64,000 bases of DNA from Alphaproteobacteria bacterium. GTDB taxonomy: Bacteria > Pseudomonadota > Alphaproteobacteria > CAAHEQ01 > UBA3637. Below the pieces are notes generated by a model, which was not told the DNA's origin, ran no database searches, and was given only the letters and a program-made list of their open reading frames with translations. Position 1 is the stretch's first letter. The number at the start of each line of letters is the position of its first letter. The stretch covers positions 1 through 64,000 of the forward strand of contig JAZUQR010000027.1 in the NCBI GenBank assembly GCA_045605805.1, read 5' to 3'. Positions 40,530 through 50,600 of the stretch are shown here, one piece after another. A program made the translations under genes and the position numbers.

Positions 40530-41573
40530 TTATCTGCCATCGCAAGATTTAGGCAACCGCACTTTTGTTTGTTTTGTCATCGCACACAATTGCGCCCAAA
40601 AACCTGTCCGTGCCTTTGATGTACCATTGGAATCTTTAATCACAAAAGTTTGCAACTTACCATTGGCATCATATTTGCCATAAGTACCTTTTTGTTTATC
40701 ATGCAACATAGTAAAAGCAACCTGATTCCGCTCATATTTTTTAACAACGATATTGCCATCTTTATCCATCATTTTTTCGCAAGTTTTCACCCCATTGTCA
40801 TTATAAAACTCTTTTTTTAAAGTTTTATCCGCAAACAAAGTAAGTTTTTCTCGCAACAATCCATTAGGAAAACACCATTTTTCTTGACGTGTTCCATTTG
40901 CTAAAACCCACAACGAATGAGAAATAGCACCATCCTGATGGTATGTCAAACCTTTATAGGCTCCATTTGAAAAACCTGTACTTTCAGATTCCAAAGAACC
41001 GTCCGGATAATAAGACACCGAAATATCTGTACCATCTCTCAAAACAACACTTTCCGATTTAACTGAACCATTCTGATAATAAAAAGTTGTCTTTCTTTTA
41101 CCATCGGAAAACAAGGTCTCATCACTCAATTTAGACCCATCAGTATAATAAGTCGTTTTTTGTTGTTCTCCCCCAAAAACAGTTGTTTGTTCAGAACGAA
41201 CACCACCATTATGATAATAACACACTTCCTTTACTGTAGCATCAGGATATGTCATAGTTTCATTCAATTGAAAGCCCGTTGAATCATACCTTAAACATTT
41301 TTTGATACCATCTGTAAAAACAAATTGAAGTTCCTTTGAACCATCTTGATGGTAAACCATACATTTACTTGTACCATCAGATAACAGTGTCATCTCACAG
41401 CGTTTAGAGCCATCATCATCATAAACCACACTTTTCTTGGACCCATCAGGAAAAAAAGTGGTATCATACTCCACAGAACCGTCCTGACGATAACTCACCT
41501 CTTTCTTTGTACTATCTTCTAAAATCTCACTTTTAACCATCCGACAAGAGGATTTTGTGTCTGAAAAAAACAT
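40530..41573 (-). CDS. MORN-variant/YwqK-like beta-hairpin repeat protein
   Basis: About a dozen ~22-aa units Y(Y/H)xDGS..xE....DG(T/K); no signal peptide; basic C-terminal tail. Confidence 0.8.
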   Translation of the reverse strand: MFFSDTKSSCRMVKSEILEDSTKKEVSYRQDGSVEYDTTFFPDGSKKSVVYDDDGSKRCEMTLLSDGTSKCMVYHQDGSKELQFVFTDGIKKCLRYDSTGFQLNETMTYPDATVKEVCYYHNGGVRSEQTTVFGGEQQKTTYYTDGSKLSDETLFSDGKRKTTFYYQNGSVKSESVVLRDGTDISVSYYPDGSLESESTGFSNGAYKGLTYHQDGAISHSLWVLANGTRQEKWCFPNGLLREKLTLFADKTLKKEFYNDNGVKTCEKMMDKDGNIVVKKYERNQVAFTMLHDKQKGTYGKYDANGKLQTFVIKDSNGTSKARTGFWAQLCAMTKQTKVRLPKSCDGR

Positions 41574-41655
41574 CTTTTCTATTTACTCCTTCATTTTGAT
41601 AAAAAAACAACCGCTATATGATTCATCGGCATCATTACACACAGAACAGGTGTTG

Positions 41656-41757
41656 TCAAATGTTATAAAAAACAAGACCACACACTTCTGATTGAAAAAC
41701 TGATTTTTGATTATTTAAGGACACATAAGGTTTTGAACCCCAAAAAACACAAGACAT
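41656..41757 (-). CDS. Possible 33-aa small ORF or gene remnant
   Basis: MSCVFWGSKPYVSLNNQKSVFQSEVCGLVFYNI*, preceded by an AAGGAG SD and a consensus promoter. Confidence 0.35.
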   Translation of the reverse strand: MSCVFWGSKPYVSLNNQKSVFQSEVCGLVFYNI

Positions 41758-41778
41758 TTATTCTCCTTTAGGACTTAT

Positions 41779-41807
41779 ATTATACACAATATCAAAAAAA
41801 ATGTCAA
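41779..41807 (-). promoter_or_regulatory. Consensus sigma70 promoter
   Basis: Minus strand TTGACA(41807-41802)-17nt-TATAAT(41784-41779). Confidence 0.8.
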
Positions 41808-41814
41808 CAAAAAA

Positions 41815-41838
41815 TCCCCCAAGTACACACTTGGGGGA
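41815..41838 (-). terminator. ileS terminator
   Basis: TCCCCCAAGT-N4-ACTTGGGGGA perfect hairpin with a T-run on the minus strand. Confidence 0.85.
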
Positions 41839-41853
41839 AAAAGCCCTGCGCTT

Positions 41854-44800
41854 TTATACTGCTTTTTGAAGGGCAAAGGCAACTTTGGCATCACCCAATT
41901 CTTCGGTTTTATCGGGCGTTTCAACCCCTTGAATAAAGGAAACAGCCAACACCTGATCCGCAATATACGCCGCATGTTCCTTAAAGGCTTCTTGCACCAA
42001 ATCCGATTCACAAGACCAAGTCAAAACAATGCGATCAGACACATCCAATCCCTTGTCTTTTCGCAACTGTTGCACCATACGCACAAAGTCACGTGCCACA
42101 CCTTCCCGTTCCAATTCAGGCAACACAGTCACATCTAATTGAACAACAGCACGATTATCTGGCAACGCCTGACCTTTGAAGCCTTCTTTCATATTCAACC
42201 GCAGTTCAAATTCATCGGCTGTTAAAGTTTGGCCGGCAATCGCCAAAGTCCCATTGTCATTCACCGACCATTGATTTTGCTTACTGGCAGCCATAATAGC
42301 CCCCATCGCTGCCCCCAAACGCTTACCGATAAGAGGTGTTTTCAAATACAGGAACTTATCAGCCACAGCCGTCACATCTGTGTTAAACACAACTTCTTTC
42401 ACATTGACTTCATCTTTCAACAACTCAACAAAATCGGCTAAGCCTTCTGTGTGTTCGCCAGCCACAGTCATCTTGGCCAAAGGCAAACGATTGCGCAACC
42501 GATTTTCTTCACGAATTGCCTTGGCAGTGGAAGAAATAGACCGCACCATATCCATATATTCAATCAAAGCCTTTTCATCCGCCAAAGCCGATACATCTGG
42601 CCACAAAGTCAAATGCACAGATTCCTCACCGGTCAATCCCCGATAAACCATATCTGTCAAGAAAGGCATCAACGGAGCCATCACCTTGGACAAAGTCACC
42701 AAAACGGTGTACAGTGTATCAAAAGCCTTTGCATCCGTTCCATCCCAGAACCGTTCCCGAGAACGACGAATATACCAGTTATTCAAAATATCCAAAAACT
42801 CGGCAAAGTTTTCGGCTGCCGCCGGCATATCATACGCCACCATCTCGGCCTTTGTGTTTTCTACTAAGTTCTTCAACTTGCCCAAAATATACCGATCAAG
42901 CACATCTGTGGCAGAAGTGGCCATATTGGCCTTCACACCTTCCGCATTGGCATACAAACAGAAGAAATAATAGGCATTCCAAAAAGGCAACACAGCTTTG
43001 CGCATCGCTTTGGCCACATCTTTGCCTTCATAATCCATGCACACATTCCCCCCATGAACCATGGAAGAAGAAAGTAAGAACCATCTAAGCGCATCGGCCC
43101 CAGAAGTATTCAAAATCACATATGGATCAGGATAGTTGCCCAATTTTTTGGACATTTTCACGCCCCCTTCGGCCATCACCAACCCCGTCACCATACAATG
43201 CTTAAAGGCTGGTCTGTGATGCAAGGCCGTTCCTAAAACATGTAAAGAATAAAACCAACCACGAGTTTGGTCTACCCCTTCTGCAATAAAATCGGCCGGA
43301 AAATGATTTTCAAACCATTCTTTGCGTTCAAACGGATAATGCACTTGCCCCACAGGCATAGATCCCGATTCAAACCAACAATCAAACACATCCGGCACCC
43401 GCCGCATCATTGATTTTCCGGTTGGGTCATCTGGATTCGGATAAACCACCTCATCAATGACAGGACGATGTAAATCTTTCACATCAAAACCCGTTTTTTC
43501 TTTAATTTCTGCCACCGAACCAAACACATCTGTGCGTGGATATTGTGGATTATCCGATTGCCACACAGGAATTGGAGCCCCCCAAAACCGTGTTCTGGAA
43601 ATAGACCATTCTCTTGCGCCTTCTAACCATTTACCAAAACGCCCTTCTTTAATATGTTCGGGTGTCCAAGTAATGGATTGATTCAAAGCACATAATTCAT
43701 CACGAAACTTTGGCACATCCACAAACCAACCGGACATAGCCTTATAAATCAAAGGAGTATCCGTTCTCCAACAATATGGATAAGTATGGGTAATCTGTTC
43801 TTTTTTCACCAAAATGTGTTTTTCTTTCAAATAATTCAACACATATTCATTGGCATCAAACACCTGTCTGCCTTGCACCTCTGGCACTTCCGCAGTAAAG
43901 CAACCGGCTTCATCCACAGGGCAAACAATCGGGAAACGGGCATCTTGTTTGCGACAAACTTCAAAGTCATCTGCACCAAAACCTGGGGCAATATGCACCA
44001 AACCAGTCCCATCTTCCGTTGAAACAAACTCACCAGCCAACACCTTAAAACAGCCTTTGTCTTTCAAATGGGCAAAATAAGGGAACATGGGTTCATAGGA
44101 CAAATCAACCAAATCGGCCCCTTTCAATGTGGCAACTTGTGTGGCATTTTCCAATTGTTTGGCATAGCGCCCTTTTAAGGCCTCAGCCAACACATATTTT
44201 TCACCGTTTTCTTCCATAACGGCATAATCAATATCCGCCCCAACAGCAATCATTTGGTTGGAAAACAAAGTCCAAGGCGTTGTTGTCCACACCAACAGAT
44301 TCATCCCATTTTCCAATTTGAACATCACTGTAATGGCTGTATCTACTTTATCCCGATAACACCCCGGTTGATTCACTTCAAAGTTGGACAAAACAGTTTG
44401 CGCTGCCCAAGAATAAGGCTGAACCCGATAATCTTGATAGATTAAACCTTTATCATATAAAGCCTTAAAATTACAAATCACCGACTCCATAAAAGGCAAA
44501 TCCATCGTGCGATATTCCAAATCTGGATCAAGCCAACGCCCCATCCTGTGGAATAAATCCACGAAATCGCTGGAATACTTCAAAACAGCCTCTTGACAAT
44601 ACTTGTTAAACTTATCCACACCATATTCTTCAATGGCTTTATGACCCGAAATTCCCAAAGCCTTTTCAGCATTCATTTCAGCCGGCAATCCATGACAATC
44701 CCAACCAAAAGGGCGTTCCACTTTTTTACCCAACATTGTTTGAAACCGAGCCACAGCATCTTTCACATAAGACACAAAAATATGTCCATAATGGGGTTGA

Positions 44801-44973
44801 CCATTGGCAAATGGAGGGCCATCATAAAACACAAACTCATCCCCCGCCTGACGGGCATCTTTTACTTTTTCAAAAATATGATTCTCATCCCAAATCTTCA
44901 ATACGGATTCTTCCATTTTGGGAAATTCGCATTTTGCATTCAATTCGGGATAGTATTTTTGTTTATCAGTCAT
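41854..44973 (-). CDS. ileS: Isoleucyl-tRNA synthetase, type 2 (IleRS2)
   Basis: DGPPFANGQPHYGH, GWDCHGLP, WTTTPWTL, KMSKK; C-terminal EGVARDFVRMVQQLRK..L.V.DRI and no C-terminal zinc finger. Confidence 0.96.
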   Translation of the reverse strand: MTDKQKYYPELNAKCEFPKMEESVLKIWDENHIFEKVKDARQAGDEFVFYDGPPFANGQPHYGHIFVSYVKDAVARFQTMLGKKVERPFGWDCHGLPAEMNAEKALGISGHKAIEEYGVDKFNKYCQEAVLKYSSDFVDLFHRMGRWLDPDLEYRTMDLPFMESVICNFKALYDKGLIYQDYRVQPYSWAAQTVLSNFEVNQPGCYRDKVDTAITVMFKLENGMNLLVWTTTPWTLFSNQMIAVGADIDYAVMEENGEKYVLAEALKGRYAKQLENATQVATLKGADLVDLSYEPMFPYFAHLKDKGCFKVLAGEFVSTEDGTGLVHIAPGFGADDFEVCRKQDARFPIVCPVDEAGCFTAEVPEVQGRQVFDANEYVLNYLKEKHILVKKEQITHTYPYCWRTDTPLIYKAMSGWFVDVPKFRDELCALNQSITWTPEHIKEGRFGKWLEGAREWSISRTRFWGAPIPVWQSDNPQYPRTDVFGSVAEIKEKTGFDVKDLHRPVIDEVVYPNPDDPTGKSMMRRVPDVFDCWFESGSMPVGQVHYPFERKEWFENHFPADFIAEGVDQTRGWFYSLHVLGTALHHRPAFKHCMVTGLVMAEGGVKMSKKLGNYPDPYVILNTSGADALRWFLLSSSMVHGGNVCMDYEGKDVAKAMRKAVLPFWNAYYFFCLYANAEGVKANMATSATDVLDRYILGKLKNLVENTKAEMVAYDMPAAAENFAEFLDILNNWYIRRSRERFWDGTDAKAFDTLYTVLVTLSKVMAPLMPFLTDMVYRGLTGEESVHLTLWPDVSALADEKALIEYMDMVRSISSTAKAIREENRLRNRLPLAKMTVAGEHTEGLADFVELLKDEVNVKEVVFNTDVTAVADKFLYLKTPLIGKRLGAAMGAIMAASKQNQWSVNDNGTLAIAGQTLTADEFELRLNMKEGFKGQALPDNRAVVQLDVTVLPELEREGVARDFVRMVQQLRKDKGLDVSDRIVLTWSCESDLVQEAFKEHAAYIADQVLAVSFIQGVETPDKTEELGDAKVAFALQKAV

Positions 44974-45050
44974 CTGTAAATCCTTCAAAAAAAATAAAGT
45001 TAAAATCTAAGGTAGATTGTACCAAAAAATAAGAAAAAAATCAAGAAGTT

Positions 45051-45587
45051 TTAAGTTAAAGAAAGAATCAATGTATTTTCGCCCGCATTCAGGCGAATAA
45101 TCAACCCTTCCTCTTGCGCCAAATGAACCAGCCACACAGCCATTACATTTTTAACATCACAAGGGATTTGAGTGCCCATTAAACATTGAATAAAAAGATC
45201 ATCACAATGAAAAGAATCACCATAAATATGAAGGGTTTTGTCCTTCAAAACCAACTTACCGTCTGTGCCAAGCAATTCCAATCCAACCGCCAATAAAGCC
45301 AACTGCAAGCGACAAACACAGTCCCCTTCAAAATCCACATGATAAGCCAAAGTTTGGATATAATTCAAAAATAAATCATTTGTAATAGTTTTGGTATCTG
45401 CCCCAAACAAAGCCCTAAAAAAGTTAAGCCGAGCCACTAACTGGTGCGAACTGGTTTCCAATAAATCCACTGATTCCGGAATAAAGGAAGCATCCATTTT
45501 CATCAAATCCACCGTGTTGGCAAAAGCCCCAACAGCCCCTGCCAAATCATGGCTCATACGCACAACAATTGCTTCATTCAGTGTCAT
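45051..45587 (-). CDS. chpT: Histidine phosphotransferase ChpT-like
   Basis: RMSHDLAGAVGA..N..DL and ARLNFFRALFG match the ChpT pattern. Confidence 0.85.
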   Translation of the reverse strand: MTLNEAIVVRMSHDLAGAVGAFANTVDLMKMDASFIPESVDLLETSSHQLVARLNFFRALFGADTKTITNDLFLNYIQTLAYHVDFEGDCVCRLQLALLAVGLELLGTDGKLVLKDKTLHIYGDSFHCDDLFIQCLMGTQIPCDVKNVMAVWLVHLAQEEGLIIRLNAGENTLILSLT

Positions 45588-46459
45588 TTTGACTTGCCTT
45601 TCCCCACCATTTTACCCAAATTATCCACCGAGTCAACCCAAAAAGCACCAGCCTCTGTCAAAACTTGTTTTTTCAAATCAATAATATCGGCAAACCGAAC
45701 TGTTTTCATCCCCAGCAACGGATGCTTATCGGATTTTTCCAACGATCGTCCTGGGATATAAACCCACAAGGGCTTTTTGTTTTTTTGTTTTTTATAAAAA
45801 GCCGCCAACTCATATTCCAATTCACCATGCACTTGACCAATAAGAACAATTTTTTTTGTTTTTTCATCTTTTAACAAAGCCTTCATCGGCTCAACAAACG
45901 AAGTACCAATTAGGTGATCTGCCCCCAAAGAAATAAAAGCAGACAAACCCAATCTTTTATCTTTAAGTTGCGTTGCAGTCTCTAACATAAGCGAGGCTGA
46001 TCGCCCCAACAAAGCCACAGAACCATTCAAAAACAAATGCAACGGCACAGAACCAACAACCGTTTCACCAGCCACACCAATTCCCATTGAGGAAGGGCCC
46101 AACAAACATACTTTTGCACTTTTTGCCAGAGCTTTCATCTTTAACGCATCGTGCATCGGCACCGATTCTGTAATACAAACAATCATTTTGATACCAGCTC
46201 GCACCGCCTCAGTAACATCAGCTAACGCATGCGCAGGTGTTGAAAAAATCACACTGATTTGCGGCTTTTTTTCTCGCACCGCTTCGGCCACCGTCTTAAA
46301 AACAGGCACCCCTAAAAAGTGGCGGATATTTTTGTCTGCACTGATACCGGCAACGATATTTGCCCCATAAGCCAAAGCCAATTCTGTATGCACAGCCCCA
46401 ACTTGGCTGGTAATCCCTTGACATAAAATAGGCGTTTCTTTCTTTGGTAAAAAAAACAT
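45584..46459 (-). CDS. sucD: Succinyl-CoA synthetase alpha-subunit homologue with degenerate motifs
   Basis: CQGIT, YGANIVAG, GVPVF.TV.EA, IVCITE.VP.HD are recognisable; GHAGA phospho-His loop not conserved. Confidence 0.8.
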   Translation of the reverse strand: MFFLPKKETPILCQGITSQVGAVHTELALAYGANIVAGISADKNIRHFLGVPVFKTVAEAVREKKPQISVIFSTPAHALADVTEAVRAGIKMIVCITESVPMHDALKMKALAKSAKVCLLGPSSMGIGVAGETVVGSVPLHLFLNGSVALLGRSASLMLETATQLKDKRLGLSAFISLGADHLIGTSFVEPMKALLKDEKTKKIVLIGQVHGELEYELAAFYKKQKNKKPLWVYIPGRSLEKSDKHPLLGMKTVRFADIIDLKKQVLTEAGAFWVDSVDNLGKMVGKGKSK

Positions 46460-46461
46460 TT

Positions 46462-47616
46462 TTATCTCCCTTTCACCGCTTGAATAATCGCCCGCACAGC
46501 ATCATCTGTTTTTGTTTTGATAATAAACGGCAAACGAGATTCAAATAAAACCCGTTGACCGATTTCAGCATTCATTCCGTCAATACGCACAACAATCGGC
46601 AACCCAACAGCCATCTCCGGCGAAGCAGCAATAAGGCCTTCTGCCAACAAATCACAACGAGTTGTTCCCCCAAAGATATTGATAAGCACACCATCCACAT
46701 TGGGTTCAGATAAAACCAACTTTAATGCCTTTGTCACCGTTTCTTTTGTGGGCTTTGTTCCCACATCCAACAAAGCAGCCGCCCAACCACCTTTGCGTTG
46801 AATCAAATCTAAGGTTGCCCAGCCTAAACCAATACCATTTACAACACAAGCGATATTGCCTTTAAGTCCCATATATCGGAAATGATTCTGTCTGGCCAAC
46901 TTTTCTCGTTCCTTACCAACCCGAGATTCAATTAAAGAAACCAGCTCTGGAAACTTACCCACAGTATTGGGATCAAAAACCAAACGCCCATCCAAAACTT
47001 TCAAAGAACCATCTTTTAATACAACAATCGGTGATAATTCAACAGCCACCGCCCCATAGTGTTTGAACAACCGATATGTTTTTTTCACAACACCGGAAAA
47101 AGGACAAGACTTTGGCGCCTCTTTACCATAAATAAAGGCCAACGCTTTGTCCATCACAACAGCATTCAATCCATCTGTTAAAACAAAAGATTTGGATTGT
47201 CCCCTGTTGTTTTCAAGTGTAAACATCTCACATTGTTTTTCAAAGTTCACCCGAAAAATCAACCGACATAAAATATCTGCCTGATCAAAACCGGCTTCAA
47301 TATAAATCTTTTGCACTTCAAACAAAGGATGCATACCTGCAATCCAATCGGGCTTTGCAAACAACTTGGCCGCCACCGCAGCCACCTGTTTTTTATCCGT
47401 CACACAAGCATATCCATCCACACAGGTATCTGCCTCTAAAACCCGACCGTATGAACGATGCATATCCATTACTTGGGCCCGCAAAAAGTAAGGTCCTCTG
47501 CCCAATTTAGAAACAAGACAGTCCGCCTCCTCTGGGCTGTAAGCCACTGCCCCTTTTAACACAGGCAAACCAGCCTGCTTAAAAATGCGTTTGACATGAT
47601 ATTCTTGTAATTCCAT
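46462..47616 (-). CDS. sucC: Succinyl-CoA synthetase beta-subunit homologue with degenerate motifs
   Basis: MELQEY, GNIACVVNG.GL..AT.D, LINIFGG..RCD..AEG, PIVVR..G.N; ATP-grasp GGRGK motif absent. Confidence 0.82.
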   Translation of the reverse strand: MELQEYHVKRIFKQAGLPVLKGAVAYSPEEADCLVSKLGRGPYFLRAQVMDMHRSYGRVLEADTCVDGYACVTDKKQVAAVAAKLFAKPDWIAGMHPLFEVQKIYIEAGFDQADILCRLIFRVNFEKQCEMFTLENNRGQSKSFVLTDGLNAVVMDKALAFIYGKEAPKSCPFSGVVKKTYRLFKHYGAVAVELSPIVVLKDGSLKVLDGRLVFDPNTVGKFPELVSLIESRVGKEREKLARQNHFRYMGLKGNIACVVNGIGLGWATLDLIQRKGGWAAALLDVGTKPTKETVTKALKLVLSEPNVDGVLINIFGGTTRCDLLAEGLIAASPEMAVGLPIVVRIDGMNAEIGQRVLFESRLPFIIKTKTDDAVRAIIQAVKGR

Positions 47617-47677
47617 AGAAAAACCCCTTTTATATAAAAAGAGTTTGGCATAAAAAACAAATAAAATCAAGGAAAAA

Positions 47678-50600
47678 TTATACTTGCTTCATTTCCAAAA
47701 TACCACTAATCTGTGACAATTTGGATAAAGTGTCCGGATGCAGCATATACCGCTTTGGCAAAGCCATTTCCACCTCATTTTCACCCGAGGTTAAAATCAT
47801 AAACACACGACTTTTGCCTTCTTTGTCTGCATCTAAAACTTCACTGATTTGGGCAATACATTGGGGATATTTTGCATCAATTTTCAAAATCAAAGTCGTG
47901 GCAGTCTTGCTCATCATATCAGCCAACAATTCCACCGATAAAATACGCAAACTGATTTGTTCTTCCCCTTCTCGTTTCTCTGCCTGAACCGTAAACAGCA
48001 AAGGCTGACCCGAATTCAAATATTCCCGTCCCGCTTCCAAAGTATCCGCAAAACAAATGGCATCAAACGCCCCTGATTTATCACTGGCCGAAACAAACGC
48101 AAAGCGATTGCCTTTTTGACTTATCCGTTCCCGAACATTGGAAACAATGCCGGCAATTTGCCCCCGAAACACACCAGCCGTTTGAACCAAACCAGCAACA
48201 TCCGCATAATCCACCACACGCATTCTTTCCAACACAGATTGAAACGAATCCAATGGATGAGCCGACAAATAAAAGCCTAAGGCTTCCTTTTCATACTCCA
48301 ATTTTTCCATAGAGGGCCATTCGGCAAAAGAAGCCAATTTTAACCGATTTGCATTGGTATCTTGACCAAACAATCCCATTTGAGAACTGTTTTTCGTGGC
48401 TGTCTGATCGGCCGCATAAGCAATCATTTTTTCCACATTGTTAAACAAACAGGAACGATTCGGCTCTAAACATTCAAACGCCCCAGCCTTGGCAAGATTT
48501 TCCACATAGCGTTTATTCAAAGCAGAAACATCTACCCGTCTTAAAAAATCTTCCACAGACTTAAACGGGCCGTTTTTCTCTCTTTCTTCCACAACGGTTT
48601 TCATGCCGGCCTCACCCACATTTTTAACGGCCGACAAAGCATAACGCACAGCCCCATTTTCCACCGTAAAATCCACGCCAGATTGGTTGATATCAGGGGG
48701 CAAAACCTTAAAACCGTTCATATGTAAATCGTTTTTGAAAAATGCCAATTTATCAGTATTGATTTTATCCAAAGTCATAGTTGCAGCCATAAACTCCACA
48801 GGAAAATGAGCTTTCAAATAAGCTGTTTGATAAGCAATAAAAGCATACGCAGCCGCATGCGCTTTGTTAAAACCATATTCGGCAAACTTGGCCATCTTAT
48901 CAAACACTTTTTCGGCCACTTTTTCATCCACACCTTTTTCTTTTGCCCCTGCCATAAACTTCACTTTTTCGGCCGGCAACAGCTCGGCTTTTTTCTTTCC
49001 CATAATCCGGCGCAACAAGTCGGCTCCGCCCAAAGTAAAGCCCGCCATTTCCCGTGAGATTTGCATCACCTGTTCTTGATAAATCATAATACCATAGGTT
49101 TCCTTCAAAATCGGCTCTAACATCGGGTGCATATAATCCGGTTTTTCTTCGCCTTTTTTAACCTTAATATAATCAGGAATAGAATCCATTGGCCCAGGGC
49201 GATAAAGTGATACCAACGCCACAATATCTTCAATCTTGTCCGGTTGCATATCATGCAAAATCTTTTTCATCCCTGTGGATTCTAATTGGAAGACACCGGT
49301 TGTGTCTGCCCGCTTTAACAAGTCAAATGTTTTAACATCATCCAAAGGAATATGATCAATATCCACATCAATACCTTTAAGTTTAATCAAATCCAAAGTC
49401 TTTTTAATGGTTGTTAAAGTTTTAAGGCCCAAAAAGTCAAACTTGATTAAACTGGCTTCTTCCACATATTTCATATCATATTGCGTCACCGGCATATCCG
49501 AAGAAGGATCTTTGTAAATCGGCACAATTTCATCCAAAGGTTTGTTGCCAATCACAACACCAGCCGCATGCGTAGAAGTATTCCGATAAAGCCCCTCTAA
49601 CTTTACAGCAATTTCAAAAAGATATTTAATGGCTTCATCTTTTTCAATTTCTTCTTTAATTTTTGGTTCTTCATCAAAGGCTTTGGATAAAGTCATTTTT
49701 GGATCGGCAGGAATCAGCTTAGACAAACGGTCCACCACAGGATAAGGGATTTGCAACACACGCCCTACATCCCGAATCACAGCCTTTGCCTGCAACTTAC
49801 CAAAAGTAATGATTTGAGCCACATGATCAAAACCATAATGATTTTGTACATATTCAATTGTTTTTTCTCTGCGTTCCTGACAAAAGTCCACATCAATATC
49901 GGGCATATTCACCCGTTCCGGATTCAAAAAGCGTTCAAACACCAAATCAAAGCGCAACGGATCAATATCGGTAATCATCAAACACCAGGCCACAACCGAA
50001 CCGGCACCAGAGCCACGCCCCGGCCCCACAGGCACACCGTTTCGTTTGGACCATTGAATAAAATCAGCCACAATCAAAAAATAGCCTGGGAATCCCATTT
50101 GCTTGATAACACCCAGTTCAAACTCCATCTGTTGATGATATTTTTCAACATCTTCTTCACTTCGGCCTTCCATGCGTTTTTTGAAACCTTCTTCGGCCAT
50201 ATCCCGCAAGGCCTCATCCTCGGTTCTGCCTTGGCAATCAAAGTTCGGAAACGCAGGCTTTTTAACTTCCGCCATAAAAGCACACCGTTTGGCAATTTGT
50301 ACCGTATTTTGTATGGCCTCGGGAATATCCGCAAACAATTGGCACATTTCCTCTTCGGTTTTCAAATAATGTTCTGGCGTCACCCGTCTGCGATTTTGCT
50401 CAGATACATAAGTTTTTTCGGCAATACACAACAAGGCATCATGGGCTTCATACATATCTGGCGTTAAAAAATAAGCATCATTCGTGGCCACAAGCGGAAT
50501 ATCATATTGATAAGCCAAATCAATAAACCCCTGTTCCGTCATCTGTTCAGGCTCAGTCCCATGCCGTTGCAATTCAATATAAAGCCGATTCGGATAGGCT

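Noticed and set aside
40481-41838. Similar AAAATCCCCC...GGGGA sequences flanking the repeat gene as mobile-element ends
   Set aside because: Each is a self-contained terminator hairpin with a different stem and loop; no transposase or target duplication seen.
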